IMG/VR virus record: IMGVR_UViG_3300010370_000051
Span: 1 to 53,985 of that record
Source of the DNA: a virus
Lineage: Duplodnaviria; Caudoviricetes
Length of the DNA: 53,985 nucleotides
Direction: 5' to 3' (one strand)
Made by a program: the position numbers and the translations under genes. Shown here piece after piece: positions 29,679-37,861 of the stretch. The stretch's first letter is position 1, and every line of letters starts with the position of its first letter. Under the pieces are notes generated by a model that was not told the DNA's origin, searched no databases, and was given only the letters and a program-made list of their open reading frames with translations.

Positions 29679-30317
29679 ATGAGCCTAGTAGCAAGTAAAT
29701 CTAAAAGAAGATTAATTTATGGGTTTGGTATAAATGATGCTGACTATGTAATAAAACCTCTTGTAAATGGGAAGAGAAAAAGTTGTCCTTATTATAAAAG
29801 GTGGGAATCATTACTTACAAGATGTTATTCAAAAAAATCTTTAGAATTACATCCTGCTTATGTTGGTTGTTCTGTATCTGATGAATGGAAGTATTTTTCT
29901 GATTTTAAATTATGGATGGAAAAACAAGATTGGGAAGGAAAACATTTAGATAAAGATATATTGCATCCAGGAAATAAAATATATGCTCCAGATAAGTGTA
30001 TATTTGTTCCGAGTTACATTAATTTACTAATGACTAAATGTGATAAGAAAAGAGGAAAGTACCCTTTAGGTGTTTATTATTGTAAAAGCAGTAAAGGTTT
30101 TCATTCCTATTTTAGTAATGAAGGAAAAGTCCTACATTTGGGATTTTATAATGATCCGTTTGAAGCTCATAAAAAATATCAATTAGAAAAATCTAGATAT
30201 ATAAAAGAAATCGCTGATAAACAATCTGACTATAGGATTAGAAATGCCCTCATTCGTATTTCTAATGGTATAATAGAAGATTATGATAATGGTGTAGAAA
30301 CAATTAATTATCGTTAA
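29679..30317 (+). CDS. Putative HNH-like homing endonuclease with AP2-like C-terminus
   Basis: GFGINDAD, W..LLTRCY, EWKYFSDF, HLDKDIL, KCIFVP; GVYY...HLGFY. Confidence 0.75.
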   Translation: MSLVASKSKRRLIYGFGINDADYVIKPLVNGKRKSCPYYKRWESLLTRCYSKKSLELHPAYVGCSVSDEWKYFSDFKLWMEKQDWEGKHLDKDILHPGNKIYAPDKCIFVPSYINLLMTKCDKKRGKYPLGVYYCKSSKGFHSYFSNEGKVLHLGFYNDPFEAHKKYQLEKSRYIKEIADKQSDYRIRNALIRISNGIIEDYDNGVETINYR

Positions 30318-30327
30318 GGAGAATAAA

Positions 30328-30570
30328 ATGAACTTTACTGTATACAGCAAAAATGGGTGTAATTATTGCTATAAGGTCAAGCAAGTATTGGAATTGACAG
30401 GAAGTAACTTTGTGGTTTATAATCTAGATGAGCATTTTACCAGAGATGAGTTTTATGCTGAGTTTGGTAAGGGTGCTACTTTTCCACAAGTTATTTGTAA
30501 TGATAAAAAATTAGGAGGATCAGTTGACACAATCAAATTCCTCAAAGAACAACAAGTCATCAGGTCCTGA
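30328..30570 (+). CDS. nrdC: Glutaredoxin
   Basis: CNYC active site, TFPQV, GG; RBS aaggag. Confidence 0.92.
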   Translation: MNFTVYSKNGCNYCYKVKQVLELTGSNFVVYNLDEHFTRDEFYAEFGKGATFPQVICNDKKLGGSVDTIKFLKEQQVIRS

Positions 30571-30775
30571 CCTAAATAAAAACAAGAACCACAAAAATCG
30601 TGGTGTTGAACTTATTCTTAATGGAGGTAAAAGAAAGCAAACTCAACCATTCCACATCATCTTTGAGAAGATGGTTTGCTTTCTAAATCGGGAAGTAACC
30701 GTCTATTTCGAATTTTCCTTTAAGTCAAGGAAAAGAAAAGTAGTTTCCCGGAGAAAAAGAAATGTTAGCAACTAG
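30524..30775 (+). CDS. Cyanophage hypothetical protein (start uncertain)
   Basis: NRGVELIL...REVTVYFEF. Confidence 0.6.
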   Translation: MTQSNSSKNNKSSGPDLNKNKNHKNRGVELILNGGKRKQTQPFHIIFEKMVCFLNREVTVYFEFSFKSRKRKVVSRRKRNVSN

Positions 30776-30992
30776 TTTAGTTTTCGGTTGTTTTTTAACT
30801 GTATTGTTTCTTATAGTGGGACTTGTAACAGGTTGGGTGGCGCGAGAATATATGCTGAACTATCAGGATCGTCCAAAACTTCACCCAGAATTTTTTGATA
30901 GTAAAGGTAATGTAATTCCTGATGAAGTCTTAGCAATCAGTTTTAATCCTGATTACTTTGATGACTATGAAGATGAGGATGAAGAAGAATAA
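30762..30992 (+). CDS. Membrane hypothetical protein
   Basis: N-terminal TM, HPEFFD.KGN, acidic tail. Confidence 0.8.
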   Translation: MLATSLVFGCFLTVLFLIVGLVTGWVAREYMLNYQDRPKLHPEFFDSKGNVIPDEVLAISFNPDYFDDYEDEDEEE

Positions 30993-31029
30993 CTAAATAT
31001 ACTATAATCATTTTAGATTTTGAATTGAT

Positions 31030-31650
31030 ATGACAACAACAAAACAAAAAAAGACAGCAACAAGTACACAAGCAAAGGTAGTTCAGGCAAAGAAACCTGC
31101 CCCTGCTCCAGTTGTAGATAATCTTCCAAACAATCCTTTCATTTTTGAAGTATTGGATCTTGTTTCGCGTCAAAGGTCTAATGCTAAAAAAGTAGAAGTT
31201 CTTAAAAAGTACGAAGACCTTTCACTTAAAGCAATTTTGATTTGGAACTTTGATGAGACTGTAATTTCAATGCTTCCCGATGGAGAAGTACCATACTCTG
31301 CATTTGAAGATCAGACTGTAAGTAATGGTAATCTCTCTACAAAAATTACTAATGAAGTTCGTAGAATGCACGAAACTGGATCCTTCTCTCTAGGTTCTAG
31401 TGATAAGCAAGGTCATACAACAATTCGTAAAGAATATAAAAACTTTTATCATTTCATCAAAGGTGGTAATGATGGATTGAATAATATTCGTAGAGAATCG
31501 ATGTTTATTAATTTGCTCCAAGGTCTTCATCCACTTGAGGCAGAAATTATTTGTCTTGTGAAAGATAAAAAACTCACAGATAAGTATAAGTTGACTAAAG
31601 AAATTGTTTCCGAAGCTTACCCTGACATCACTTGGGGAGGACGTTCGTGA
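31030..31650 (+). CDS. Conserved T4-like cyanophage hypothetical protein
   Basis: LIWNFD..LPDGEVPY...RRESMFINLLQGLHP.EA. Confidence 0.85.
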   Translation: MTTTKQKKTATSTQAKVVQAKKPAPAPVVDNLPNNPFIFEVLDLVSRQRSNAKKVEVLKKYEDLSLKAILIWNFDETVISMLPDGEVPYSAFEDQTVSNGNLSTKITNEVRRMHETGSFSLGSSDKQGHTTIRKEYKNFYHFIKGGNDGLNNIRRESMFINLLQGLHPLEAEIICLVKDKKLTDKYKLTKEIVSEAYPDITWGGRS

Positions 31651-31985
31651 GTCAAGTTGTTGATAAAGTACAAAAAAATCATATGGACCACTGGACATCA
31701 TCAGAAAAAGAAACTTGTAAATCACGCTACGGTTGTGAGATTATGATTGAAAATGGTTCGTATACAGATGTTCGTACTAAAGATGCACCTAATGACGCTT
31801 ATATCATTCAATATGTTGTGGATGATAAACTCTGCTATGACTTAACTAGGGGTTCTAGAGTAAAATTGTTTGATATGTATTGGGATAAGTTTCGTGAAAA
31901 TCTTAAAAGCATTGAGTTTGGATATGGTAGAGTTAATCCAAAACTCTGGGGTTATAAGACACCAGAAAAGAAAAAGCGAAAGTGA
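31647..31985 (+). CDS. Cyanophage hypothetical protein
   Basis: GTGA overlap; FDMYWDK...GYGRVNPKLWG. Confidence 0.8.
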   Translation: MSQVVDKVQKNHMDHWTSSEKETCKSRYGCEIMIENGSYTDVRTKDAPNDAYIIQYVVDDKLCYDLTRGSRVKLFDMYWDKFRENLKSIEFGYGRVNPKLWGYKTPEKKKRK

Positions 31986-32045
31986 TTTTCCAGATTGAGG
32001 GAAATTTTTCCGGCAAAATTTTTTTATATAAAGGTTTCCTAAAAT

Positions 32046-32061
32046 TGTATCAGGAAATACA
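32046..32061 (+). promoter_or_regulatory. NtcA-binding site
   Basis: TGTA-tcaggaaa-TACA matches GTA-N8-TAC; CTAAATA at 32073 and TATAAT at 32094 downstream. Confidence 0.7.
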
Positions 32062-32109
32062 CACAAAACTCCCTAAATACCAGTGAATAGAGGTATAATA
32101 GTCCTCTAA

Positions 32110-32361
32110 CGTTCATCCTATGACTAAGGCACTTTTGCTCTTGGCATGGGTTCCACTTCTTTCTATTTCTACGCCCCAACTTGCTGAAACCAATAAAGTT
32201 GCAATAAGTTGTGACGCAGCGTGGGAACTAATGGACATTGTTAAAAACGACAATGTAGTAGATCAAAGAAGAGAAGACCGACTGCTATTAGAACTCCGAA
32301 AGGATGTTGTGAGACTTAAGTGCTAAAACTGAATAGGACGGAAGTAAGCCGACTCGGAACG
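32110..32361 (+). promoter_or_regulatory. Glutamine riboswitch-like aptamer 1 (glnA type) with ORF-containing P2 loop
   Basis: CGTTCA-TCCTAT...ATAGGA-CGGAAGTAAG-CCGACTC-GGAACG; P1 CGTTC/GAACG. Confidence 0.75.
32120..32326 (+). CDS. 68-aa protein with signal-peptide-like N-terminus, nested in aptamer 1
   Basis: ATG inside P2 5' strand; two Cys (C31 and terminal C68). Confidence 0.7.
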   Translation: MTKALLLLAWVPLLSISTPQLAETNKVAISCDAAWELMDIVKNDNVVDQRREDRLLLELRKDVVRLKC

Positions 32362-32364
32362 GAT

Positions 32365-32533
32365 CGTTCATCTATGGAAGCACTCATTTTAACTTGCTTA
32401 CAAGCACAGTTAATTGCTGGTAGAGTTCATAAACAAGAACTATCGCCGCAAGCGAAGAATGATTTAATTTGGGAGATTAAACAAGTCTCACCAAAAGAGT
32501 GTAAAATAGACGCAAAAGCCGACTGAAGGAACG
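32365..32533 (+). promoter_or_regulatory. Glutamine riboswitch-like aptamer 2 with ORF-containing P2 loop
   Basis: CGTTCA-TCTAT...ATAGA-CGCAAAAGCCGACTGAAGGAACG. Confidence 0.75.
32374..32526 (+). CDS. 50-aa two-Cys protein nested in aptamer 2
   Basis: MEALILTCLQAQ...SPKECKIDAKAD; the stop lies in the aptamer TGAAG motif. Confidence 0.65.
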   Translation: MEALILTCLQAQLIAGRVHKQELSPQAKNDLIWEIKQVSPKECKIDAKAD

Positions 32534-32566
32534 CTCTTTAACCTAAACCATTAAGGAGAAAACCTA

Positions 32567-32704
32567 ATGTCTAAAGTAGTATATCGAGGCGTTGAATACG
32601 ATACGCAAAAGCGTTTAGAGTATCAACAGCAGATGATGCAACAACCTCAACAATACAACGAAACCTATCGTGGTGTTAAGTTTGTAAAGGAGGGGCACAA
32701 ATGA
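32567..32704 (+). CDS. DUF4278-family peptide
   Basis: MSKVVYRGVEY...QQQMMQQPQQ...TYRGVKF (two YRGV motifs); RBS taaggag. Confidence 0.85.
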   Translation: MSKVVYRGVEYDTQKRLEYQQQMMQQPQQYNETYRGVKFVKEGHK

Positions 32705-32802
32705 ACACTTACTTCGTTCGTTACCTCAAGAAAAAGGCAAAGAAGGAACAACTCCTTCACAATGCACAACTGAATATGGCAAAGCAACCACAAGTTGCTT
32801 GA
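32701..32802 (+). CDS. 33-aa basic peptide
   Basis: MNTYFVRYLKKKAKKEQLLHNAQLNMAKQPQVA; RBS aaggagg, ATGA coupling. Confidence 0.7.
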   Translation: MNTYFVRYLKKKAKKEQLLHNAQLNMAKQPQVA

Positions 32803-32806
32803 AGTA

Positions 32807-32834
32807 AAGGAGGGGTTGATCCCCTCCTTTTTTT
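32807..32834 (+). terminator. Rho-independent terminator
   Basis: aaggagggg-ttgat-cccctcctt + T run. Confidence 0.9.
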
Positions 32835-32865
32835 ATGTTATGATATCTTCAGTGAAAAGTATTCT

Positions 32866-33039
32866 ATGGACAGAGACAAACTAAAACTAATTGTCCGTAA
32901 TCTTGAACTCCTGATTGATAATCTGAAAGCAGAAGTCTATTCTGATGTATCTGCTTACAAATATACAGAACCAGATGTCAAAAAAAGACCAATTTTAGAT
33001 TACGATGAAATTTTTGAGGATTCTGATTTAGATGACTAG
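32866..33039 (+). CDS. Cyanophage hypothetical protein (57 aa)
   Basis: MDRDKLKLIVRNLELL...KAEVYSD. Confidence 0.8.
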   Translation: MDRDKLKLIVRNLELLIDNLKAEVYSDVSAYKYTEPDVKKRPILDYDEIFEDSDLDD

Positions 33040-33199
33040 TAGAGCAAGAAAATTGATTAAGTTGCTTGAGAAACTTGTAAAGCAAGAGCACCTTTATACT
33101 GAAGAAAAAATCATAGAAATGAAACAACAACTGCGAGCATTAAAAGAAGAACTCGCACAACTGGAAGCAAAAACATCAAAAGGATTTGGAAAGAAATGA
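33032..33199 (+). CDS. Cyanophage hypothetical coiled-coil protein (55 aa)
   Basis: MTSRARKLIKLLE...SKGFGKK; ATGA-coupled to thyX. Confidence 0.8.
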   Translation: MTSRARKLIKLLEKLVKQEHLYTEEKIIEMKQQLRALKEELAQLEAKTSKGFGKK

Positions 33200-33846
33200 C
33201 TGTAAAACTTATTTCGGTAACTCCCGATGCAGAAAAAACAATGGCGTTTATTGCGCGAGTTAGTAACCCTGCGAATCAAGACAACGAAAACTATGCCAAG
33301 TTGCTTGCTTATTGTATTAAGCATAATCATTGGTCTGTGTTTGAGCAGTCTTCTATGACGCTTGAGATTGAGACGACTCGTGGTATTGCGGCACAGATTC
33401 TGAGGCACCGCAGTTTCACATTCCAAGAGTTTTCTCAACGGTATGCAGATAGTTCTTTGATTTCTGAATATATTCCCGTTCCCGATCTTCGCCGTCAAGA
33501 CACTAAAAATCGTCAGAACTCGATTGATGATATTGGTGAGTATGAGAAACTCGGTCTTCAGAGTAAAATTCAAGAGCATTTTGCACACTCTATGAACCTC
33601 TACAAAGAACTTCTTGCTCACGGGGTGGCAAAGGAGTGTGCTCGGTTTGTACTGCCCTTAGCGACCCCTACGCGCATTTATATGACGGGTTCTTGCCGTT
33701 CGTGGATAACCTACATTGCTCTCCGTGAAAAGTCAGGAACTCAGCGGGAGCATATGGATATCGCAAAAGCGTGTAAAGCAGTTTTTGCTGAACAGTTTCC
33801 AATTTGTTATGAAGCACTTGGTGGTGAAGCAGAGTGGGTTATCTAA
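33196..33846 (+). CDS. thyX: Flavin-dependent thymidylate synthase
   Basis: HWSVFE, RHRSFTFQEFSQRY, AKECARFVLP. Confidence 0.97.
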   Translation: MTVKLISVTPDAEKTMAFIARVSNPANQDNENYAKLLAYCIKHNHWSVFEQSSMTLEIETTRGIAAQILRHRSFTFQEFSQRYADSSLISEYIPVPDLRRQDTKNRQNSIDDIGEYEKLGLQSKIQEHFAHSMNLYKELLAHGVAKECARFVLPLATPTRIYMTGSCRSWITYIALREKSGTQREHMDIAKACKAVFAEQFPICYEALGGEAEWVI

Positions 33847-33872
33847 ATAAAAATTAAACAGGAGGTATAAAC

Positions 33873-34112
33873 TTGCCAACTTATAGATTTGAAAATACTG
33901 AAACTGGTGAAATTTTTGAGAAGTGGATGCTTATGGCAGAAAAAGAACCATACTTAAAAGAAAATCCTAATCTTAAACCACTTATTCCAACACAAATGAA
34001 TGTTGGGGAAGTGGGTGATTGGAGAAATAAATTAACTTCAAAACATCCTTCGTGGAACACTGTATTAGAAAAAGCCAGCAGAGCTCCAGGTTCAACTGTA
34101 AAAAAACTATAA
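33873..34112 (+). CDS. Conserved T4-like hypothetical protein (FmdB-like N-terminus)
   Basis: TTG start with RBS ggagg; MPTY.F.N..TGE. Confidence 0.8.
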   Translation: MPTYRFENTETGEIFEKWMLMAEKEPYLKENPNLKPLIPTQMNVGEVGDWRNKLTSKHPSWNTVLEKASRAPGSTVKKL

Positions 34113-34157
34113 ACCAGGTTATAATATAAATAGTTATAGCATTCCAACCTAGTTTAT
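34109..34157 (+). promoter_or_regulatory. Start-sequestering hairpin with internal T4 late promoter
   Basis: ataaac-c-aggtt / aacct-a-gtttat arms; TATAAATA at 34125. Confidence 0.7.
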
Positions 34158-34755
34158 GCCTAGACCTTATATAAAACATCCAGAAATAAAAGTTGGAGAT
34201 AAATTTTATTATCTTGAAGTTATATCTCCACCTTTTTATGAAACTTATCCAAGTGGTAAAAAAAGGAAAAAAATTCTGTGTAAATGTATTTGTGGAAAAG
34301 AAAAAGTTTTTAGATACGATAGTTTTGTATGTAAAAACGAATTAGATCGAGCAAAAAGTTGTGGGTGTAAGCATACTTATAGAAATAATTTTAATGCTCA
34401 AAAAAGAAGAAAACCTGAAAGTGTTTATAGATACATTTATGAGCAATATAAATCGGGAGCAAAAACTAGAAATATAGAATTTAATTTATCAAAAGAAGAT
34501 TATCTTGAAATTGTTAAAAAAGATTGTTATTACTGTGGATCCAATCCAGAACTAAAACAACCCCATAGGGGTAAAAATTATTATGTTGGTGTTCCTGTTC
34601 CTTACAATGGAATTGATAGAATAGATAGTAGTGTGGGATACGAAAAAGAAAATTGTGTTCCTTGCTGTAAAAAATGTAATTATATGAAAAGTGATATGAA
34701 TGTTTCTTCATTTATGGAACATATTTTAAAAATAGCAAATCATCAAAAACTCTAA
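34156..34755 (+). CDS. Putative HNH-type homing endonuclease
   Basis: CKCICG...KSCGC; CYYCG...GIDRIDSS.GY...NCVPCCKKCN.MK. Confidence 0.85.
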   Translation: MPRPYIKHPEIKVGDKFYYLEVISPPFYETYPSGKKRKKILCKCICGKEKVFRYDSFVCKNELDRAKSCGCKHTYRNNFNAQKRRKPESVYRYIYEQYKSGAKTRNIEFNLSKEDYLEIVKKDCYYCGSNPELKQPHRGKNYYVGVPVPYNGIDRIDSSVGYEKENCVPCCKKCNYMKSDMNVSSFMEHILKIANHQKL

Positions 34756-34756
34756 T

Positions 34757-35509
34757 ATGTCTAGAAGAAAAAGAGCAGATCAACCAATTGGCGTTGGTCT
34801 TACCACTCGTCAGATGAAGCGCAGAAAACCACTAAGTTCTGAATATCTGATTGATATCGATCCACTCACAGAAAATCAGAAACGACTGTTTGAATCCTAT
34901 GCTGCTCAAAAGCATTTAGTTGCTTATGGGTGTGCTGGAACTGGTAAAACTTTTATTACTCTTTATAATGCTATAAAAGAAGTTTTAGATGAAAGATCTC
35001 CATATGAAAGAATTTATCTGGTTCGTTCTTTAGTAGCAACTAGAGAAATTGGATTTCTACCAGGAACTTATGAGGATAAATCTGACATTTATCAGATTCC
35101 TTATAAGAATATGGTGAAGTATATGTTCCAACTTTCAAGTGATGCTGAGTTTGAAATGCTTTATGGAAATCTCAAGTCACAAGAAACTATTAAGTTCTGG
35201 AGCACTTCATTTCTTCGTGGAACAACTCTTGATAATGCGATTGTTATTGTTGATGAATTTCAAAACTGTACTGCACACGAATTAGACTCCATCATCACTC
35301 GTATTGGTGAAAATTCTAAAATTATGTTCTGCGGTGATGCTTCACAGTCAGATTTGCAGAAAACAAATGAGCGTAATGGTATTGTAGATTTTATGACTAT
35401 CTTGCGTAAAATGCCATCTTTTGATATAATTGAGTTTGGTGTAGATGATATTGTTCGTTCTGGACTTGTTAAAGAGTACATCATTGCAAAAATGGAATCT
35501 GGTTTTTAA
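34757..35509 (+). CDS. phoH: PhoH-family ATPase
   Basis: GCAGTGKT, IGFLPG, FLRGTT, VDEFQN, GDASQSD. Confidence 0.97.
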   Translation: MSRRKRADQPIGVGLTTRQMKRRKPLSSEYLIDIDPLTENQKRLFESYAAQKHLVAYGCAGTGKTFITLYNAIKEVLDERSPYERIYLVRSLVATREIGFLPGTYEDKSDIYQIPYKNMVKYMFQLSSDAEFEMLYGNLKSQETIKFWSTSFLRGTTLDNAIVIVDEFQNCTAHELDSIITRIGENSKIMFCGDASQSDLQKTNERNGIVDFMTILRKMPSFDIIEFGVDDIVRSGLVKEYIIAKMESGF

Positions 35510-36186
35510 TGTTTAATCATATTGATATTGAACTCCCTCAGTTGGAGCGTGAAACCATCGATGGTGTAAGGTACTATAAAGTTCCTGATGAAGAAGAACT
35601 TCTCCGACTGGTCTCCATCACTTCGGTGACCAGTCATTTTAATAAAGATATCTTTATTAATTGGCGTAAAAAAGTCGGTGAAGAAGAAGCAGAGCGTGTT
35701 ACAAAAGCGGCAACAAGTCGTGGAACTGATATGCACTCTCTTGTAGAGAACTATCTTTATAATAAGAACTTGCCGACTGTTGCGCCGATTGCGGATTTTC
35801 TTTTTAAGATTGCGAAAATGGAACTGAATAAAATCAATAATATTCATTGTTTGGAAGGTGCATTGTATAGTAAACAACTTGGTGTTGCTGGAACAACGGA
35901 TTGTATTGGAGAGCACGATGGTGAACTTGCTGTAATTGATTTTAAGTCTTCAAAAAAACCTAAACCAAGAGAGTGGATTACGCATTACTTTGTTCAAGCA
36001 ATGTTTTATGGTATGGCGTATTATGAAATGACTGGAACACCTATTAAAAAACTAGTCATTATTATGGCGTGTGAAAATGGAGAATGTGTTCTTTATGAGG
36101 AAAGAGATTTAAAAAAATATATGAAACTTGTAGTTCAATATATTAAAAAGTTTGTAAATGACCGTCTTGAACTTATGTCTAAATAA
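35509..36186 (+). CDS. PD-(D/E)XK exonuclease (exonuclease A / Cas4-like)
   Basis: SITSV, RGTDMH, AGTTDC, IDFKSS, YFVQ. Confidence 0.9.
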   Translation: MFNHIDIELPQLERETIDGVRYYKVPDEEELLRLVSITSVTSHFNKDIFINWRKKVGEEEAERVTKAATSRGTDMHSLVENYLYNKNLPTVAPIADFLFKIAKMELNKINNIHCLEGALYSKQLGVAGTTDCIGEHDGELAVIDFKSSKKPKPREWITHYFVQAMFYGMAYYEMTGTPIKKLVIIMACENGECVLYEERDLKKYMKLVVQYIKKFVNDRLELMSK

Positions 36187-36188
36187 GA

Positions 36189-36272
36189 GTGCCTGTCTGG
36201 GTCGCACTTTTCAGGTGGGGAGTATTTTTGCTCCCCTTATAAATACTATTGCGACCCCGATAGAGTAGAGAT
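36189..36272 (+). promoter_or_regulatory. Structured leader A upstream of Seg-like endonuclease
   Basis: gtgcctg-N11-cttttcaggt, hairpin, TATAAATA (36238), antisense arm tgcgacccc. Confidence 0.75.
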
Positions 36273-36926
36273 ATGAAAAAATATTTTTATGTTTATTATT
36301 CTTATGAAGAATTTGGAAGAGGATATATTGGAAGCAGAATTTGTAAATGTCTTCCAGAAGAAGATATAAAATATTTTGGTTCTTATAAAGATAAAACTTT
36401 TAATCCTACTGAAAAAATAATCTTAAAAAGTGATTATGCTACACGGGAAGAGGCATATGCTGATGAAATTATATTGCATCAATATTATAAAGTAGTAGAA
36501 AATCCACACTTTGTTAATAGAGCATATCAAACTTCTACGGGATTTTCAACATATGGGAAAAATCATACAGAAGAACATAAAAAACATTTAAGTAAATTAC
36601 TTAAAGGTAGAAAACTTTATACAAATAAACCTCACCCCTTTTTAGGAAAAAAACATACTGAAGAATGGAAATTAAATCAAAGTGATAGGATGAAAAATAA
36701 TAATCCTATGAAAAAACCAGAAATTTCTATGAAACAATCACTAAAAATGAAAGGAAAAATTCCTTGGAATAAGGGGATAAGTGATTTAAGTATAACTGGA
36801 GAAAAAAATCCAAGAGCAAAGAAAATTATTTTTAATGGTGAAACTTTTGGATGTATAAAAGATGCTATTGAAAAAACAGGTATATCACGTCATATGATTA
36901 AAAAATCTTGCACTTTCATTGACTAA
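36273..36926 (+). CDS. Seg-like GIY-YIG homing endonuclease with NUMOD3 repeats
   Basis: YVY...GRGYIGSR...YFGS; GKNHTEE/GKKHTEE, PWNKG. Confidence 0.85.
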   Translation: MKKYFYVYYSYEEFGRGYIGSRICKCLPEEDIKYFGSYKDKTFNPTEKIILKSDYATREEAYADEIILHQYYKVVENPHFVNRAYQTSTGFSTYGKNHTEEHKKHLSKLLKGRKLYTNKPHPFLGKKHTEEWKLNQSDRMKNNNPMKKPEISMKQSLKMKGKIPWNKGISDLSITGEKNPRAKKIIFNGETFGCIKDAIEKTGISRHMIKKSCTFID

Positions 36927-36959
36927 TATATTATTTTAAGATATAATAAATACCATATT

Positions 36960-37274
36960 GTGAAAATTATGAGCAATCCGTTAGAAAATCTTCTAGAATT
37001 CAAAATAGAATATATGGAACCAAATAAAGAACTAGAACAAGCCATCGAGAATAAGTTTCTAACGCCTTCCAAGTTTGCTCTGGAAATCGAAAAGATTGTT
37101 GCAGAGGAAAACTTTAACTATATTGATGCAATCGTTCACTATTGCGAAATCAATAGTCTTGAGGTAGAATCAGTAACAAAACTCATTTCAAAACCATTGA
37201 AAGAGCGATTAAAGTGGGACGCAACCCGTCTTAACTTTATGAAAAAAACTTCGAGAGCACGACTTCCGCTATGA
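36960..37274 (+). CDS. gp33: Late transcription coactivator gp33 (true start may be 36969 or 37014)
   Basis: IEKIV...YIDAIVHYCE...LKERLKWDA..LNF. Confidence 0.9.
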   Translation: MKIMSNPLENLLEFKIEYMEPNKELEQAIENKFLTPSKFALEIEKIVAEENFNYIDAIVHYCEINSLEVESVTKLISKPLKERLKWDATRLNFMKKTSRARLPL

Positions 37275-37861
37275 GTCCTTTTGAGACATATCAAACTTAT
37301 CTTTCGATGAAAAGTCATTTTACAAATAGTAAATATGACTTTTTTAAGTATGGAGGCAAATCTAGAGCAACGGTCACTTCATTTAACAAACGTAAGGACA
37401 AATACTGGTTCGAAAAGAGTTCTAGAAAATATAACGATAAAGAAATAGTAGATTTTTTACTTGCAAACTTTGTAGCATCTGATAACCCACAAAACTTATG
37501 GATTGGAGAAATTATCAATTCTGGCGAAAGAACTTACGCAGATTGGATGCGAAGACAACAGAGTTTGACTTACTTGTTCAAGGAGCAAAGCAACGAATTG
37601 TTCTCGGAGACAAAATTAGAGGATGCACTGAGTTGTTCCAGAGGTCATCCACCAGTCCTCAAAAGGTTTCTAAGCGGGAAATTATCGCTAGAAACCTTCG
37701 TAATCTACGACAAAATCTTTTCTTTTTCAAAGGATTTTGATAAGAAACTGCTGGACCCAGTGTGGGAAACCGTAAGTTTGAAAATTAAAAAATATAATCC
37801 GTTTCTAAATATTGACGTATTCCAATTTAAAAAAATTTTACGGGACATTATAAATGAGTAG
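37271..37861 (+). CDS. gp59: Helicase loader gp59
   Basis: YLSMKSHF...YDFFKY.GK...FNKRKDKYWFEK. Confidence 0.92.
   Translation: MSPFETYQTYLSMKSHFTNSKYDFFKYGGKSRATVTSFNKRKDKYWFEKSSRKYNDKEIVDFLLANFVASDNPQNLWIGEIINSGERTYADWMRRQQSLTYLFKEQSNELFSETKLEDALSCSRGHPPVLKRFLSGKLSLETFVIYDKIFSFSKDFDKKLLDPVWETVSLKIKKYNPFLNIDVFQFKKILRDIINE

Noticed and set aside
32120-32326. CP12 homolog (CDAAWE resembles CAAAWD)
   Set aside because: Lacks VEEL and the C-terminal C-x8-C motif, and has a signal-like N-terminus
32320-32373. N-terminal extension of the 32320-32526 ORF
   Set aside because: It runs across aptamer core sequence; ATG 32374 parallels the ATG position in aptamer 1
32701-32802. GifA/IF7 call for the basic peptide
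   Set aside because: Context is suggestive but there is no recognisable IF7 sequence motif
35509-36186. Cas4 as evidence of a CRISPR system
   Set aside because: Standard T4-like core exonuclease next to phoH, with no array
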